64,000 bases of DNA from Thermomicrobia bacterium (GCA_044464585.1 JBIQLF010000003.1:343-64342), one strand, 5' to 3'. Shown: positions 29,020 through 38,638, numbered from the stretch's first letter. The notes: generated by a model from the letters alone, not told the origin. Made by a program: numbers and translations.

Positions 29020-29125
29020 ATACGGAATCCGCTTGAACCCTACGGGATATCCACCATCGCTCCGACACCGGCCCACCGGCGAAACGCTGGGCTACTACCC
29101 CTGAGGAATCACCCGGATTCCGTAT
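29020..29125 (+). repeat. 106-nt conserved element, copy A (candidate structured RNA or miniature repeat), in the dnaN leader
   Basis: Gap-free alignment to 52456..52561 gives 88/106 identical by hand count, and the flanks are unrelated. The terminal 12-nt inverted repeat is ATACGGAATCCG...CGGATTCCGTAT. An internal conserved hairpin reads CCCACCG-nnGAAA-CGCTGGG. Confidence 0.5.
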
Positions 29126-29247
29126 TACCTGCGTGTTTCCGAATGATTTACCGCGAGCGACATTTCCGACGAGAGAGACGCCGTCGCTGCTGGTTGTACA
29201 ATTGCCCGACTGTAAATGGATGTTTCGAACGAGGAGCAAAGCGGAAC

Positions 29248-30408
29248 GTGCGAGTCACCTGTCTGCAGGAAACGCTTCAGCATGCGCTGGACCAAGTAAC
29301 CCGCGCCGTCGCGACCCGCACTTCGCTACCCGCATTGAGCAACGTATTGCTGGTGACCGACAACGGTCGCCTGAAAATCGTTGCCTCCGATTTGAATATC
29401 GCGATCACCACCTGGATCGGCGCATCGATCCAGGAAGAAGGACGGTTGGCGGTCGACGCCCGTCTGCTCTCCGACTTCGTGCATACGCTTCCGGCGGGGC
29501 AAGTAGAACTCGCCAGCAGTGGTCGCCAGACCCTGCTGACGGTCACCGCGGGACGTGACCGAGCGGAGATCAATGGCATCGACGCCGATGATTTCCCGGA
29601 GATCCCGGTTGTCGTCGATGATGTCGAATCGACCTCGATCGATCCGGTCGCTCTTCGGGAGATGATTTCGCAAGTCGAATTCGCGGCGGCGTCCGACGAG
29701 AGCCGACCGGTGCTCGCCGGTGTGCTGGTCCGGATCGAAGGCGATCGGATCGTGCTCGCGGCCGCCGACGGCTTCCGGCTTGCCGTGCGCGAAGGCCGGA
29801 TGAGCCGCGCGCTCCTCTCCCCCATCGATATCATCGTTCCCGCTCGGTCCATGCGAGAGCTGGGTCGCTTGCTGGGAGAGGCGAAACACGAAGTGGCGCT
29901 GCACGTCACCCCCAACCGAAGTCAATTGATCGTCCATTTCTCCGGGGAAAACGGCGAGGGCGAAGTCGAATTCCTCTCTCGTCTCATCGAAGGAACCTTC
30001 CCCGACTACCGGCAGATCATCCCGGGCGACTTCTCCACCAAAGTCGAGATGGGTCGCGACGCACTCCTGACCGCGGTTCGCCGGTCGAGTTTTTTTGCGC
30101 GGGACAACAACGACGCCATTCGCTTCGATGTGCTGACGACCGATGACGATCTGGCTCCCGGCACCATCGAGGTATCCGCCAATGCGGCGGAGCGTGGCAA
30201 CGCTCATAGTTATGTCGATGCGTCGATCACCGGGCCGGCCGTGCAGATCGCCTTCAATGCCCGCTATTTGAACGATGTGCTCGGCGTGATTCGAACTGGC
30301 ACGGCGCTCCTCGGGCTCAATGGCTCGAACCAGGCTGGTGTCATTCGCGCCGGAGACTCGGACGACTATACCCACGTCATCATGCCGATGGTGATCGGCG
30401 CGCAATAG
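29248..30408 (+). CDS. dnaN: DNA polymerase III beta sliding clamp
   Basis: Start at GTG 29248 (GAGGAG SD). LQHALDQVTRAVATRTSLPALSNVLLVTDNGRLKIVASDLNIAI, IEGTFPDYRQIIP, and the C-terminus HVIMPMVI. Confidence 0.95.
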   Translation: MRVTCLQETLQHALDQVTRAVATRTSLPALSNVLLVTDNGRLKIVASDLNIAITTWIGASIQEEGRLAVDARLLSDFVHTLPAGQVELASSGRQTLLTVTAGRDRAEINGIDADDFPEIPVVVDDVESTSIDPVALREMISQVEFAAASDESRPVLAGVLVRIEGDRIVLAAADGFRLAVREGRMSRALLSPIDIIVPARSMRELGRLLGEAKHEVALHVTPNRSQLIVHFSGENGEGEVEFLSRLIEGTFPDYRQIIPGDFSTKVEMGRDALLTAVRRSSFFARDNNDAIRFDVLTTDDDLAPGTIEVSANAAERGNAHSYVDASITGPAVQIAFNARYLNDVLGVIRTGTALLGLNGSNQAGVIRAGDSDDYTHVIMPMVIGAQ

Positions 30409-30444
30409 AACGTCGATCGCGCTGGCGATCGCGAGATCCGTGTT

Positions 30445-31653
30445 GTGTATCTGACATCGCTGCGCCTGACCGAGTTTCGTCGCTACCGCGCGCTCGACCT
30501 CTCCATCCCTCCGGAAGGATTCGTCCTTGTCGGGCGCAATGCGAGCGGGAAATCGTCATTGCTCGAAGCGATTTCGATGCTCTCCACCATGCGATCGAGC
30601 CGCGCTCAATCCGAAAAGGAACTGATCGCCTGGGAGAGCGGCGCCGAATATGGCGGCGGCATTGCGCCGTTCGCGCGTATCGAAGCGCAAGTCGAGCGAC
30701 GTGCCGGTCCAGCGGAAATCGCAATCGGTATGCAGCTCGATCAAAACCGCGGCAACCGGCTCAAGAAACAGATCTCACTCAATGGCAAACATGTGCGGGC
30801 GGGAACCGCGGTCGGCGTGTTGCGATCGGTCTTGTTCGAGCCCGGCGATATCGAGCTGGTTTCCGGCGCTCCGTCGGTCCGGCGCCGCTATCTCGACATC
30901 ATGTTGTCCCAGCTCGACCCGGTCTATCTGCGTTCCCTCAGCCGCTACGTCCGTATCGTCGAACAGCGGAATCGCCTGCTCAAGAACCTGGTTCAATCCG
31001 GCGCGAGCTGGAGTGCGGCGGCGACCAGGCAGCAACTCGACTACTGGGATGGCGAGCTGATCGCCAATGGCGCCGCCCTGCTCGCGCGTCGCCTGATAGC
31101 GTGCCGGGAACTGTCCAATCTGGCGGCCGCTCGGTTCGCTTCCTTCACCGAGGATTCGCAATTGTCGGTCGCCTACGAATCGACCGTGCGTTCGAACCTC
31201 TTCGACTCGGACAGTTCACTGTCGGCACTCGATGAGCTCGAACATCGTCTGGCGTTCGAAATGTCGGAAACGCTCGATCGCGAACGCCAGCACGAATTTC
31301 GCCGCGGCGTGACTTTGGTCGGACCCCACCGGGATGATCTGATCGTCACGATCGATGGCAACCCGATCGGGGCCTATGGTTCTCGGGGCCAGCAACGATT
31401 GGCCGTGATCGCGTTGAAGCTGGCGGAAACGGATCTGATGACATCGGCCGGAGCGGATTCGCCCGTTCTGTTGCTCGATGACGTTTTCTCCGAGCTCGAC
31501 GCGGTCCACCGTGCGCTCCTGGCCGCGTCTATTTCGAGCTCGCGCATGCAGACAATCGTGACGACGACCGACGAAGCGGTCGTTCGCGCGGCCGATATAC
31601 CACTCGAGCGCTACGCCGCGGTCGAGGCAGGATCGGTGAACTGGATTTCCTGA
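30445..31653 (+). CDS. recF: DNA replication and repair protein RecF
   Basis: LRLTEFRRY, Walker A VGRNASGKSSLLEAI, the signature GSRGQQRLAVIALKLAE, and Walker B LLLDDVFSELD. Confidence 0.95.
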   Translation: MYLTSLRLTEFRRYRALDLSIPPEGFVLVGRNASGKSSLLEAISMLSTMRSSRAQSEKELIAWESGAEYGGGIAPFARIEAQVERRAGPAEIAIGMQLDQNRGNRLKKQISLNGKHVRAGTAVGVLRSVLFEPGDIELVSGAPSVRRRYLDIMLSQLDPVYLRSLSRYVRIVEQRNRLLKNLVQSGASWSAAATRQQLDYWDGELIANGAALLARRLIACRELSNLAAARFASFTEDSQLSVAYESTVRSNLFDSDSSLSALDELEHRLAFEMSETLDRERQHEFRRGVTLVGPHRDDLIVTIDGNPIGAYGSRGQQRLAVIALKLAETDLMTSAGADSPVLLLDDVFSELDAVHRALLAASISSSRMQTIVTTTDEAVVRAADIPLERYAAVEAGSVNWIS

Positions 31654-31702
31654 GACCGGGGTGAAGGCGAGACGGCGCATGTGCTAGAATTCGTCGCCGC
31701 GT

Positions 31703-31776
31703 TGGGGAGTAGTCTAACGGTAGGACGCTTGGTTCTGGCCCAAGTAGTTGGGGTTCGAATCCCTGCTCCCCAGCCA
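31703..31776 (+). tRNA. tRNA-Gln (anticodon CUG), CCA encoded
   Basis: TGGGGAG/CTCCCCA acceptor, anticodon arm CTTGG-TTCTGGC-CCAAG, T loop TTCGAAT, then GCCA. Preceded by an extended -10, TGcTAGAAT, at 31682..31690. Confidence 0.9.
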
Positions 31777-31781
31777 CGAGG

Positions 31782-31808
31782 AACGCGCGCTCCGGCGCGC
31801 GTTTTGCG
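31782..31808 (+). terminator. Intrinsic terminator after tRNA-Gln
   Basis: AACGCGCGC-TCCG-GCGCGCGTT hairpin followed by TTGCGTCTCTTT. Confidence 0.6.
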
Positions 31809-31900
31809 TCTCTTTCCCATGCCGGCGCCGTATCCCCGCTAGACTGACATCGCCGCGCCCCGGGCGCTCTTGCCAATCGAACTCTGGAGTACGAATTACC

Positions 31901-34168
31901 ATGCACAGCGTCACGTCCGATTTGCTGGCCGGACTCAACCCGGAGCAGGTTCGGGCGGTCACCGCACCCGATGGCCCCATTCTGGTCATCGCCGGACCCG
32001 GTAGTGGCAAAACCCGAGTGCTCACCCACCGAATCGCCTGGCTGATCGCGGAAAAGGGCGTACCGGCCTCGTCGATTCTGGCTGTCACATTCACGAACAA
32101 GGCCGCCCGGGAGATGCGCCAGCGGGTCGAACAGCTTCTCACTTCAGAAGCGGCGGCCGGTTTGACCATGGGCACCTTTCACTCGTTCGGGGTGCGGGTG
32201 CTGCGTGAGAATCCCGGATACGTCGCCGAGCACCTCGGTATCCTCCGGAATTTCACGATCTACGATGACGCCGACCAACAGTCGATCGTCAAGCAGGCAA
32301 TTGCCAATATCGGTCAGGACCCCAAGCAACTCCCTCCGAGGCGGGTTGGCGGCCGGATCAGCGCCTACAAATCGAGCCTGGTGAGTGTCGACGAAGCGCG
32401 CGATACCGCGGCGAATTTCGGTGAGGAGCTGATGGCCCGTGCGTATGCGGAATACCAGCGCCTGCTGCGGAAAGCGAACGCGGTCGATTTCGACGATCTG
32501 CTCATCCTTCCGCTCCAGCTTTTCGATGCCGAGCCGCGCGCCCTGCATCGATATCAGGATCGGTTCGAACACATTCTGGTCGACGAATACCAGGACACCA
32601 ACCGGGTGCAATACGTGCTGGTCGAGGCGCTGGCGCAGAAACACAAGAATCTCTTCGTCGTGGGCGATCCGGATCAGTCGATCTATCGCTGGCGGCAAGC
32701 GGATATCCGCAATATTCTCGATTTCCAGAAGTCGTTCGATGAAGCGCAACGGGTCGATCTGGAGATCAACTATCGGTCGACCGCCCGTATCGTGGCCGTG
32801 GCCGACAATGTGATCAAGCTCAATCGCGATCGCATCGACCGGCGGCTGCGCACCAATAACGACGACGGTGAGCACGTTTCGATTCGCGAGCTGGCCGATC
32901 AGCAGCACGAGGCGGGTTTCGTGGTCAGCGAGATCCGGCGGGTCATGAAGGAGCGTGGTCTCCGGGGCGAGGATTTCGCGGTCATGTACCGCACGACCGC
33001 CCAGAGCCGCGTGCTGGAAGAGGCCTTCCGCGTCAGCGACCTTCCCTACCAGATCGTCGGCGGTGTCCGGTTCTACGATCGCAAGGAAGTCAAGGATGTG
33101 CTCGCGGCACTCAAGGTGATCGTCAATCCGAGCGATACGGTCAGTCTCGACCGGGTGATCGAAAACATGCCGGTCGGCCGGGGACTCGGTCCCAAGGCAA
33201 TGGATGCGATCGACCAATGGTCGATCGTCGAGCGCCGGCCGTTGTTGGACGGGTTCATCGCGATCTGGCGCAATGAGCCAGATGCGCCCGGACTCACCGG
33301 AGCCGCACGGACCGCGGCGGCAAAGCTCGGTTCGGTCTACGAGCAACTCCAGGCACTGGAACAATCGGAGCCGCTGACATCGCTCTTCGATTCGGTCGTG
33401 CGGTTGACTGGATATCGCGATCAGTTGGCGCATGGTGAGGACGACGATCTCGAACGTTGGGAAAACGTGCTCGAAGTGCGTTCCGATATGGAGGCATACG
33501 ACGTTCTCGAACCCGGGGAATCGCTCGCTGCCTATCTCGAACAGGTTGCGTTGGTGGCCGATGTCGATGCGCTCGACGACGATTCGAAAGGTCGCATTAC
33601 GCTCATCACCCTGCACTCGGCCAAGGGACTCGAATTCCCGGTGGTCTTCATCACCGGTCTGGAAGAAGGATTGTTACCCGTCTCCCGGGCGGTCGAAGCC
33701 GAATTCACCGATCCGGCGGCAATCGAAGAGGAGCGGCGGTTGTTCTATGTTGGGATCACCCGGGCGGAACAGGTGCTCTATATCACCTATGTCGCCAATC
33801 GCATGACCTGGGGACGCTACCAGCCAGGCGTTGCCTCGCGTTTTCTCGACTCGTTGCCCCAGGAACACATTCGGGATCTCGGTCGGCGCTCGACCGTGTC
33901 GCCCCGCGGCGGCACATCGCTCTCCGGCCGGGCCAAGAGCCTTTCCGGTTTGCCAGTCTCGACGCTGAAACCATCGCCAATTCCCGCCAAAGCGGCTGTG
34001 CGGGTGTGGTCGGCCGGTGAGAAAGTCTTCCATCCGAAGTTCGGAGAAGGTACGATAACGGAAGTCCTGGAGAAACGCGGGGATCAGGAACTCGCAATCT
34101 CCTTCGCCCGCCATGGACAAAAACGGCTTCTGGCCAGTCTTGCCCCGCTCGATCCCATAACCGATTAG
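31901..34168 (+). CDS. pcrA: ATP-dependent DNA helicase PcrA/UvrD (SF1)
   Basis: Start at ATG 31901. LNPEQVRAVTAPDGPILVIAGPGSGKTRVLTHRIAWLI, VDEYQDTN, the TLHSAKGLEF motif and YVGITRAE. Confidence 0.95.
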   Translation: MHSVTSDLLAGLNPEQVRAVTAPDGPILVIAGPGSGKTRVLTHRIAWLIAEKGVPASSILAVTFTNKAAREMRQRVEQLLTSEAAAGLTMGTFHSFGVRVLRENPGYVAEHLGILRNFTIYDDADQQSIVKQAIANIGQDPKQLPPRRVGGRISAYKSSLVSVDEARDTAANFGEELMARAYAEYQRLLRKANAVDFDDLLILPLQLFDAEPRALHRYQDRFEHILVDEYQDTNRVQYVLVEALAQKHKNLFVVGDPDQSIYRWRQADIRNILDFQKSFDEAQRVDLEINYRSTARIVAVADNVIKLNRDRIDRRLRTNNDDGEHVSIRELADQQHEAGFVVSEIRRVMKERGLRGEDFAVMYRTTAQSRVLEEAFRVSDLPYQIVGGVRFYDRKEVKDVLAALKVIVNPSDTVSLDRVIENMPVGRGLGPKAMDAIDQWSIVERRPLLDGFIAIWRNEPDAPGLTGAARTAAAKLGSVYEQLQALEQSEPLTSLFDSVVRLTGYRDQLAHGEDDDLERWENVLEVRSDMEAYDVLEPGESLAAYLEQVALVADVDALDDDSKGRITLITLHSAKGLEFPVVFITGLEEGLLPVSRAVEAEFTDPAAIEEERRLFYVGITRAEQVLYITYVANRMTWGRYQPGVASRFLDSLPQEHIRDLGRRSTVSPRGGTSLSGRAKSLSGLPVSTLKPSPIPAKAAVRVWSAGEKVFHPKFGEGTITEVLEKRGDQELAISFARHGQKRLLASLAPLDPITD

Positions 34169-34183
34169 GAGCGCGGCTGCGCC

Positions 34184-35221
34184 ATGCTCGGGGCATCATC
34201 GATCCGAACCGATCTCGAAGCGCGAGAGCGCGCATGGCTCGCGCCTTCGGCGAGTTTCAGTGACACCTCGTCGCGTCCGAAACCGGAACCGCCATCCAAG
34301 GTGCGTACCGAATTCCAGCGGGACCGAGACCGGATCGTGCATTCCAAAGCGTTTCGGCGTCTCATGCACAAAACGCAGGTGTTCCTGGCTCCCGCGGGAG
34401 ACCATTACCGCACCCGCCTGACTCATACCCTCGAAGTCACCCAGATCGCCCGCACGATCGGCCGGGCGTTGCGACTCAACGAAGATCTCATCGAGGCAAT
34501 TAGTTTGGGACACGATCTCGGACATACGCCATTTGGCCATGCAGGCGAAATGGCGATGGCGGAGTTCCTTCCGAATTTTCGCCACAACGAACAGAGTCTT
34601 CGCGTCGTCGATCTGCTGGAAAAGGACGGACACGGCCTCAACCTGACCAACCAGGTGCGTTACGGCATCGTGCACCATTCCAAACCGGACGACGAGCTGA
34701 GCGCATCGTTCACCGGCGTTTCCGCCTCCCTGGAGGGCGAGGCGGTCCGGCTTGCCGATGCGGTCGCCTATATCAACCACGACTGGGATGATGCAGTCCG
34801 AGCTGGCATTGTGTCGAACGACGATCTCCCTCGATCGGTCGTGGAAAAACTGGGCCGCTCCCACGCGCAGCGAATCGACACCCTGGTCACCGATGTGATC
34901 GAACATTCAGAGGTCGATGGCTCTGAGCCAGCGGTTCGAATGTCCGCGGAGACGCTCTCGGCAGCCAACGAGATGCGAGCGTTCTTGTTCGAACGGGTTT
35001 ACTATCCCCTCAACCGCACCCCGAATACCATCAAGGCGCAAGGTGTGATTGCCGCACTGTGCGCCCACTATTTGGCGCACGTCGAAGAGATGCCCGCCGA
35101 ATACCGAAAACGCGATGGCGATCCGCCCGAGCGACTGGTGGCGGATTATGTCGCCAGCATGACCGACCGATATGCCATCGACCGCTACCGCGATGTGTTC
35201 GTTCCGAAATACTGGGATTGA
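34184..35221 (+). CDS. dgt: dGTP triphosphohydrolase-like HD protein
   Basis: FQRDRDRIVHSKAFRRLMHKTQVF, RTRLTHTLEVTQIAR and GHDLGHTPFGHAGE. Confidence 0.9.
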   Translation: MLGASSIRTDLEARERAWLAPSASFSDTSSRPKPEPPSKVRTEFQRDRDRIVHSKAFRRLMHKTQVFLAPAGDHYRTRLTHTLEVTQIARTIGRALRLNEDLIEAISLGHDLGHTPFGHAGEMAMAEFLPNFRHNEQSLRVVDLLEKDGHGLNLTNQVRYGIVHHSKPDDELSASFTGVSASLEGEAVRLADAVAYINHDWDDAVRAGIVSNDDLPRSVVEKLGRSHAQRIDTLVTDVIEHSEVDGSEPAVRMSAETLSAANEMRAFLFERVYYPLNRTPNTIKAQGVIAALCAHYLAHVEEMPAEYRKRDGDPPERLVADYVASMTDRYAIDRYRDVFVPKYWD

Positions 35222-35226
35222 AGTCT

Positions 35227-37128
35227 ATGCCGTCGAACAGCGTCGAATCGATCAAGGACCGCCTGGATATCGTCGATATCATTGGCGAAAAGGTGGTGCT
35301 GAAGAAGACCGGCAGAAGCTATAAAGGGCTTTGCCCCTTTCATCAGGAAAAGACGCCTTCGTTCGTCGTCTTTCCGGATTCGCAACACTTCCATTGTTTC
35401 GGTTGCGGCAAGAGTGGCGATCTCTTCACCTTTTACGAGCTTTCCCAAAAGGTCGACTTCCGCGAGGCTCTGACCGAGCTGGCCCAGCGAGCCGGCGTGG
35501 AAATCGAAAACGACCACCCAGCCGCGGCGCCGCCGGATCCCGCAATTGCCAGATCGCGCGATCTCGATGAGTTGGCCGCACAGCTCTATACACATGTTCT
35601 GCTGAACAGTCCGGCCGGAGAAACGGGACGCGCCTATCTGGCAAAGCGTGGCCTGGACGCCGCCACGATCGAGCGGTTCAGATTGGGATTCGCCCCGAAT
35701 TCCTGGGACTATCTGCTGAAGCAGTTTTCGGCCCGCGGGATCGATCCACGCGCGATGCACGACGCGGGATTGCTGCAGGAACGAGACAATGGCGGGTTCT
35801 ACGACCGCTTTCGCAACCGCCTCATGTTTCCCATTCGCGATCGCGATGGTGCGGTCGTTGGGTTCGGCGCGCGCGCCATGGGAGACGATCACCCCAAGTA
35901 TCTCAACTCGGCGCAGTCGTCGCTGTTCGACAAGAGTCGCATCCTCTACGGGCTCGACCTGGCCAAGGAAGCCATCCGCGATCAGGACCGGGTGGTGATC
36001 GTCGAAGGGTATATGGACGTCATTGCGGCACATCAGTTCGGACATCGCAATGTCGTCGCCACCATGGGCACCGCGGTCACCGAATCGCAAATCGAACAGA
36101 TCAAACGCATGACCAAGCGGATCGTGCTGGCGCTCGACGCCGATGCGGCCGGACAAATGGCAGCGCTGCGCACGATCGAATCGATTCACACCGGACTCGA
36201 CCAAACCGAGGAGTTCATCCCGGATCCCCGTACCGCATTCCGCATCGCCCGGCGTATCGACACGGAAATCACCGTCGCCGAAATGCCGGTCGGCAAGGAT
36301 CCGGACGAGCTGATCCGCACCGCGCCGGATCGTTGGAACGATGTCATCGAATCGGCTCGGCCCTACGCCGAGTTCCTGATTTCCAAAGTGACCGAAGCGG
36401 TCGATTTGACCGATCCGGCTGCCAAGCGTCACGCGGTCGACCGGTTGGCGCCGGTGATGCAGCTCGTACCGGATGAGCTGACTCGCAGTCATTACGCGCA
36501 ATTGATCGGCCGCCGGTTGGATCTCCCATTTCGGGATGTGCAGGCGCGGCTGCAACGCCACGCCCCTCCGTCGGTTTCCCGGAGTGCCCGGCAGCGGCCA
36601 ACCGAACCGGAGCGCGCGCCCGCGCTGCAAATCGAAGATCATCTTCTCGCGCTTTTGCTCAAATATCGGGACCTCGTGTTCGACCTGACATCCGAGGTGC
36701 CACCGGATGATGTGATGGATGCCAGGAACAGGACCCTGCTGTCGATCGTGCGAGACGCATCCCGTCCGGACGAGGACTTCGGACCGGCGCTCGTCGATTC
36801 CCTCGACCCGGTGCTTTCAGACCATGCGTCGAAGCTCATCGGCACGATCGAGAATCGGCCGAGCCAATTACCCGGCGAAGTCCGGGAAGAAGTCCTGCAG
36901 ACGCTCATGCGGCTGGAACGAGAGCGCTACGACCTGCTTTCCTCGCATCTGCGCAGCGAGATCGCCGCCGCGGAATCGGCCCGCGATCAGGAGCTGCTCC
37001 CCGCATTGCTCGCCCAATACGATCGCCTGTCGCTGATGCACAAACGCACCTATCCGCCCATCAGCCCCTACTTCACCGATTCGCGCACCAGGCCGAACGC
37101 CAAAAAACCTCGTTCGTACGCGGGCTGA
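35227..37128 (+). CDS. dnaG: DNA primase
   Basis: Start at ATG 35227. Zinc finger CPFHQEKTPSFVVFPDSQHFHCFGCG, and the TOPRIM region VVIVEGYMDVIA...LALDADAAG. Confidence 0.95.
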   Translation: MPSNSVESIKDRLDIVDIIGEKVVLKKTGRSYKGLCPFHQEKTPSFVVFPDSQHFHCFGCGKSGDLFTFYELSQKVDFREALTELAQRAGVEIENDHPAAAPPDPAIARSRDLDELAAQLYTHVLLNSPAGETGRAYLAKRGLDAATIERFRLGFAPNSWDYLLKQFSARGIDPRAMHDAGLLQERDNGGFYDRFRNRLMFPIRDRDGAVVGFGARAMGDDHPKYLNSAQSSLFDKSRILYGLDLAKEAIRDQDRVVIVEGYMDVIAAHQFGHRNVVATMGTAVTESQIEQIKRMTKRIVLALDADAAGQMAALRTIESIHTGLDQTEEFIPDPRTAFRIARRIDTEITVAEMPVGKDPDELIRTAPDRWNDVIESARPYAEFLISKVTEAVDLTDPAAKRHAVDRLAPVMQLVPDELTRSHYAQLIGRRLDLPFRDVQARLQRHAPPSVSRSARQRPTEPERAPALQIEDHLLALLLKYRDLVFDLTSEVPPDDVMDARNRTLLSIVRDASRPDEDFGPALVDSLDPVLSDHASKLIGTIENRPSQLPGEVREEVLQTLMRLERERYDLLSSHLRSEIAAAESARDQELLPALLAQYDRLSLMHKRTYPPISPYFTDSRTRPNAKKPRSYAG

Positions 37129-38496
37129 TCAGCCCAGTGCGCGTATGAGCGCGGTCGCGAGCGCGGAATCCTGTTCCGGGAAGACGGTCCGCATATCGAT
37201 CATCAGCGCGCCATCGCGCACATAGGGAAAGACGCGAGGCATTCCCATTCGCAGCGCCTGCGCCAGCCTGTCCGGATGTTCGGTCTCGATGCGAATGGCA
37301 ACACTTGGAAGCGTCTCCCCGGGTAACGACCCTCCACCGATCGAAGCGACGGCGGAAACGACTGCGAGCCCCGCGGGATCAGCGATCGCATGTGCCCGGG
37401 CGAACAGGGAATCGAGCGGAGCGCCGATCATCCGCCAGATCGGTATTTCCGAAGTCGCCTCGCCCCGAATGTAGTGACGAAGCGTCGCGCAGATGCCGGC
37501 AAGGGTCACCTTGTCGACCCGCAAAGCACGCGCCAGCGGATGCCGCTCGATACTTCGAACCAGATGGGTCTTTCCGGCAATGATGCCCGCCTGCGGTCCA
37601 CCGAGGAGTTTGTCGCCGCTGAAGCTCACGATGGAGACGCCGGCTCCGATCGCCTCAGCGACGGTCGATTCGTGCTTCAGGCCAAACGCGGCAGTGTCCA
37701 GCAACGCACCGCTACCGAGATCCTCGATCACCGGCAGACCCGAGGCCGACGCAATGTTCACGAGTTCCCCCGAAGTGACCGATGCAGTGAAACCCTCGAT
37801 GCGAAAGTTGCTCGCATGCACCTTGAGCAAGGCTGCCGTCGAGATTCCCAGCGCTCGCTCATAGTCCCGGGCGTAGGTGCGGTTGGTGGTTCCGACTTCG
37901 ACGAGACGGCAGCCGCTCCGGGCGATGACATCCGGAATGCGAAATCCACCGCCGATTTCCACGGCTTCACCGCGCGACACGATGACGTCGCGATTGGCGC
38001 AAAGAGCGGCGAGAACCAGCAACATGGCCGCGGCATTGTTGTTCACCACCAGTGTCGCTTCCGCGCCCGTAAGCGCGCGCAGGAGCCGAGTCACTTCGTC
38101 CATGCGCCCACCTCGCCGATTCGATTCCGGATGGATTTCGAGCGGCAAATAGGACGCGGCGGCGGTCGCCATGATTGCGGCAGTCGCCCGGCTGACCGGT
38201 GATCGGCCGAGATTGGTATGGAGCACGATCCCCGAGCCGTTGATGACCGGTACAAATCGGGTGTCATCCAGCGCGTCGATTGCGGCACGGCAGCGTTCCA
38301 CCACGGCATCCCGCGTCAGGCGTTCGCCCGCATGGATTTCGTCCCGCGCCCGTGCGATTTCCTGCCGAATCAGATCGGTGAGCGTTCTGCTTTCGACATG
38401 GGCATCGGCGAAGAGACCGAGCATATCGGATACCGACGGCAACGCGTGCCAATGGGCGCCGGCCGATTTGGATTCCCGCTGGATCGAGGATGTCAT
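37129..38496 (-). CDS. selA: L-seryl-tRNA(Sec) selenium transferase
   Basis: INGSGIVLHTNLGRSP, VNNNAAAMLL, and the PLP-lysine region SFSGDKLLGGPQAGIIAGK. Confidence 0.9.
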   Translation of the reverse strand: MTSSIQRESKSAGAHWHALPSVSDMLGLFADAHVESRTLTDLIRQEIARARDEIHAGERLTRDAVVERCRAAIDALDDTRFVPVINGSGIVLHTNLGRSPVSRATAAIMATAAASYLPLEIHPESNRRGGRMDEVTRLLRALTGAEATLVVNNNAAAMLLVLAALCANRDVIVSRGEAVEIGGGFRIPDVIARSGCRLVEVGTTNRTYARDYERALGISTAALLKVHASNFRIEGFTASVTSGELVNIASASGLPVIEDLGSGALLDTAAFGLKHESTVAEAIGAGVSIVSFSGDKLLGGPQAGIIAGKTHLVRSIERHPLARALRVDKVTLAGICATLRHYIRGEATSEIPIWRMIGAPLDSLFARAHAIADPAGLAVVSAVASIGGGSLPGETLPSVAIRIETEHPDRLAQALRMGMPRVFPYVRDGALMIDMRTVFPEQDSALATALIRALG

Positions 38497-38560
38497 ACGG
38501 ACTGGGACCCTGTTCCGGGAAATGACAAGGGGGAGTGCAATGCACTCCCCCTGTCCGAGA

Positions 38561-38638
<78 letters not shown>

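Noticed and set aside
29020-29125. The 106-nt repeat considered as a known riboswitch or ribozyme (yybP-ykoY Mn2+, c-di-AMP/ydaO, or type II hammerhead because of the GAAAC and CTGAGGA strings), or as a small coding gene. The peptides GYPPSLRHRPTGETLGYYP and GYPPAVRRHPTVETLGYYP are conserved between copies.
   Set aside because: The reverse complement GGGGTAGTAGC only superficially resembles the GGGGAGUAGC of yybP-ykoY, and the rest does not fit. The spacing between GAAA and CUGANGA is too short for hammerhead stems I and III. The ydaO-like blocks are partial, and copy B has no downstream gene. Only 1 of 6 codon differences is synonymous, the stop positions differ (22 versus 66 codons) and no SD is present, so coding is unlikely.
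28898-29247. oriC between the SOS operon and dnaN, or next to mnmG at 47924..48097.
   Set aside because: No cluster of TTATCCACA-like boxes and no obvious AT-rich 13-mer array. dnaA is absent. The palindromes found are better explained as LexA and operator sites.
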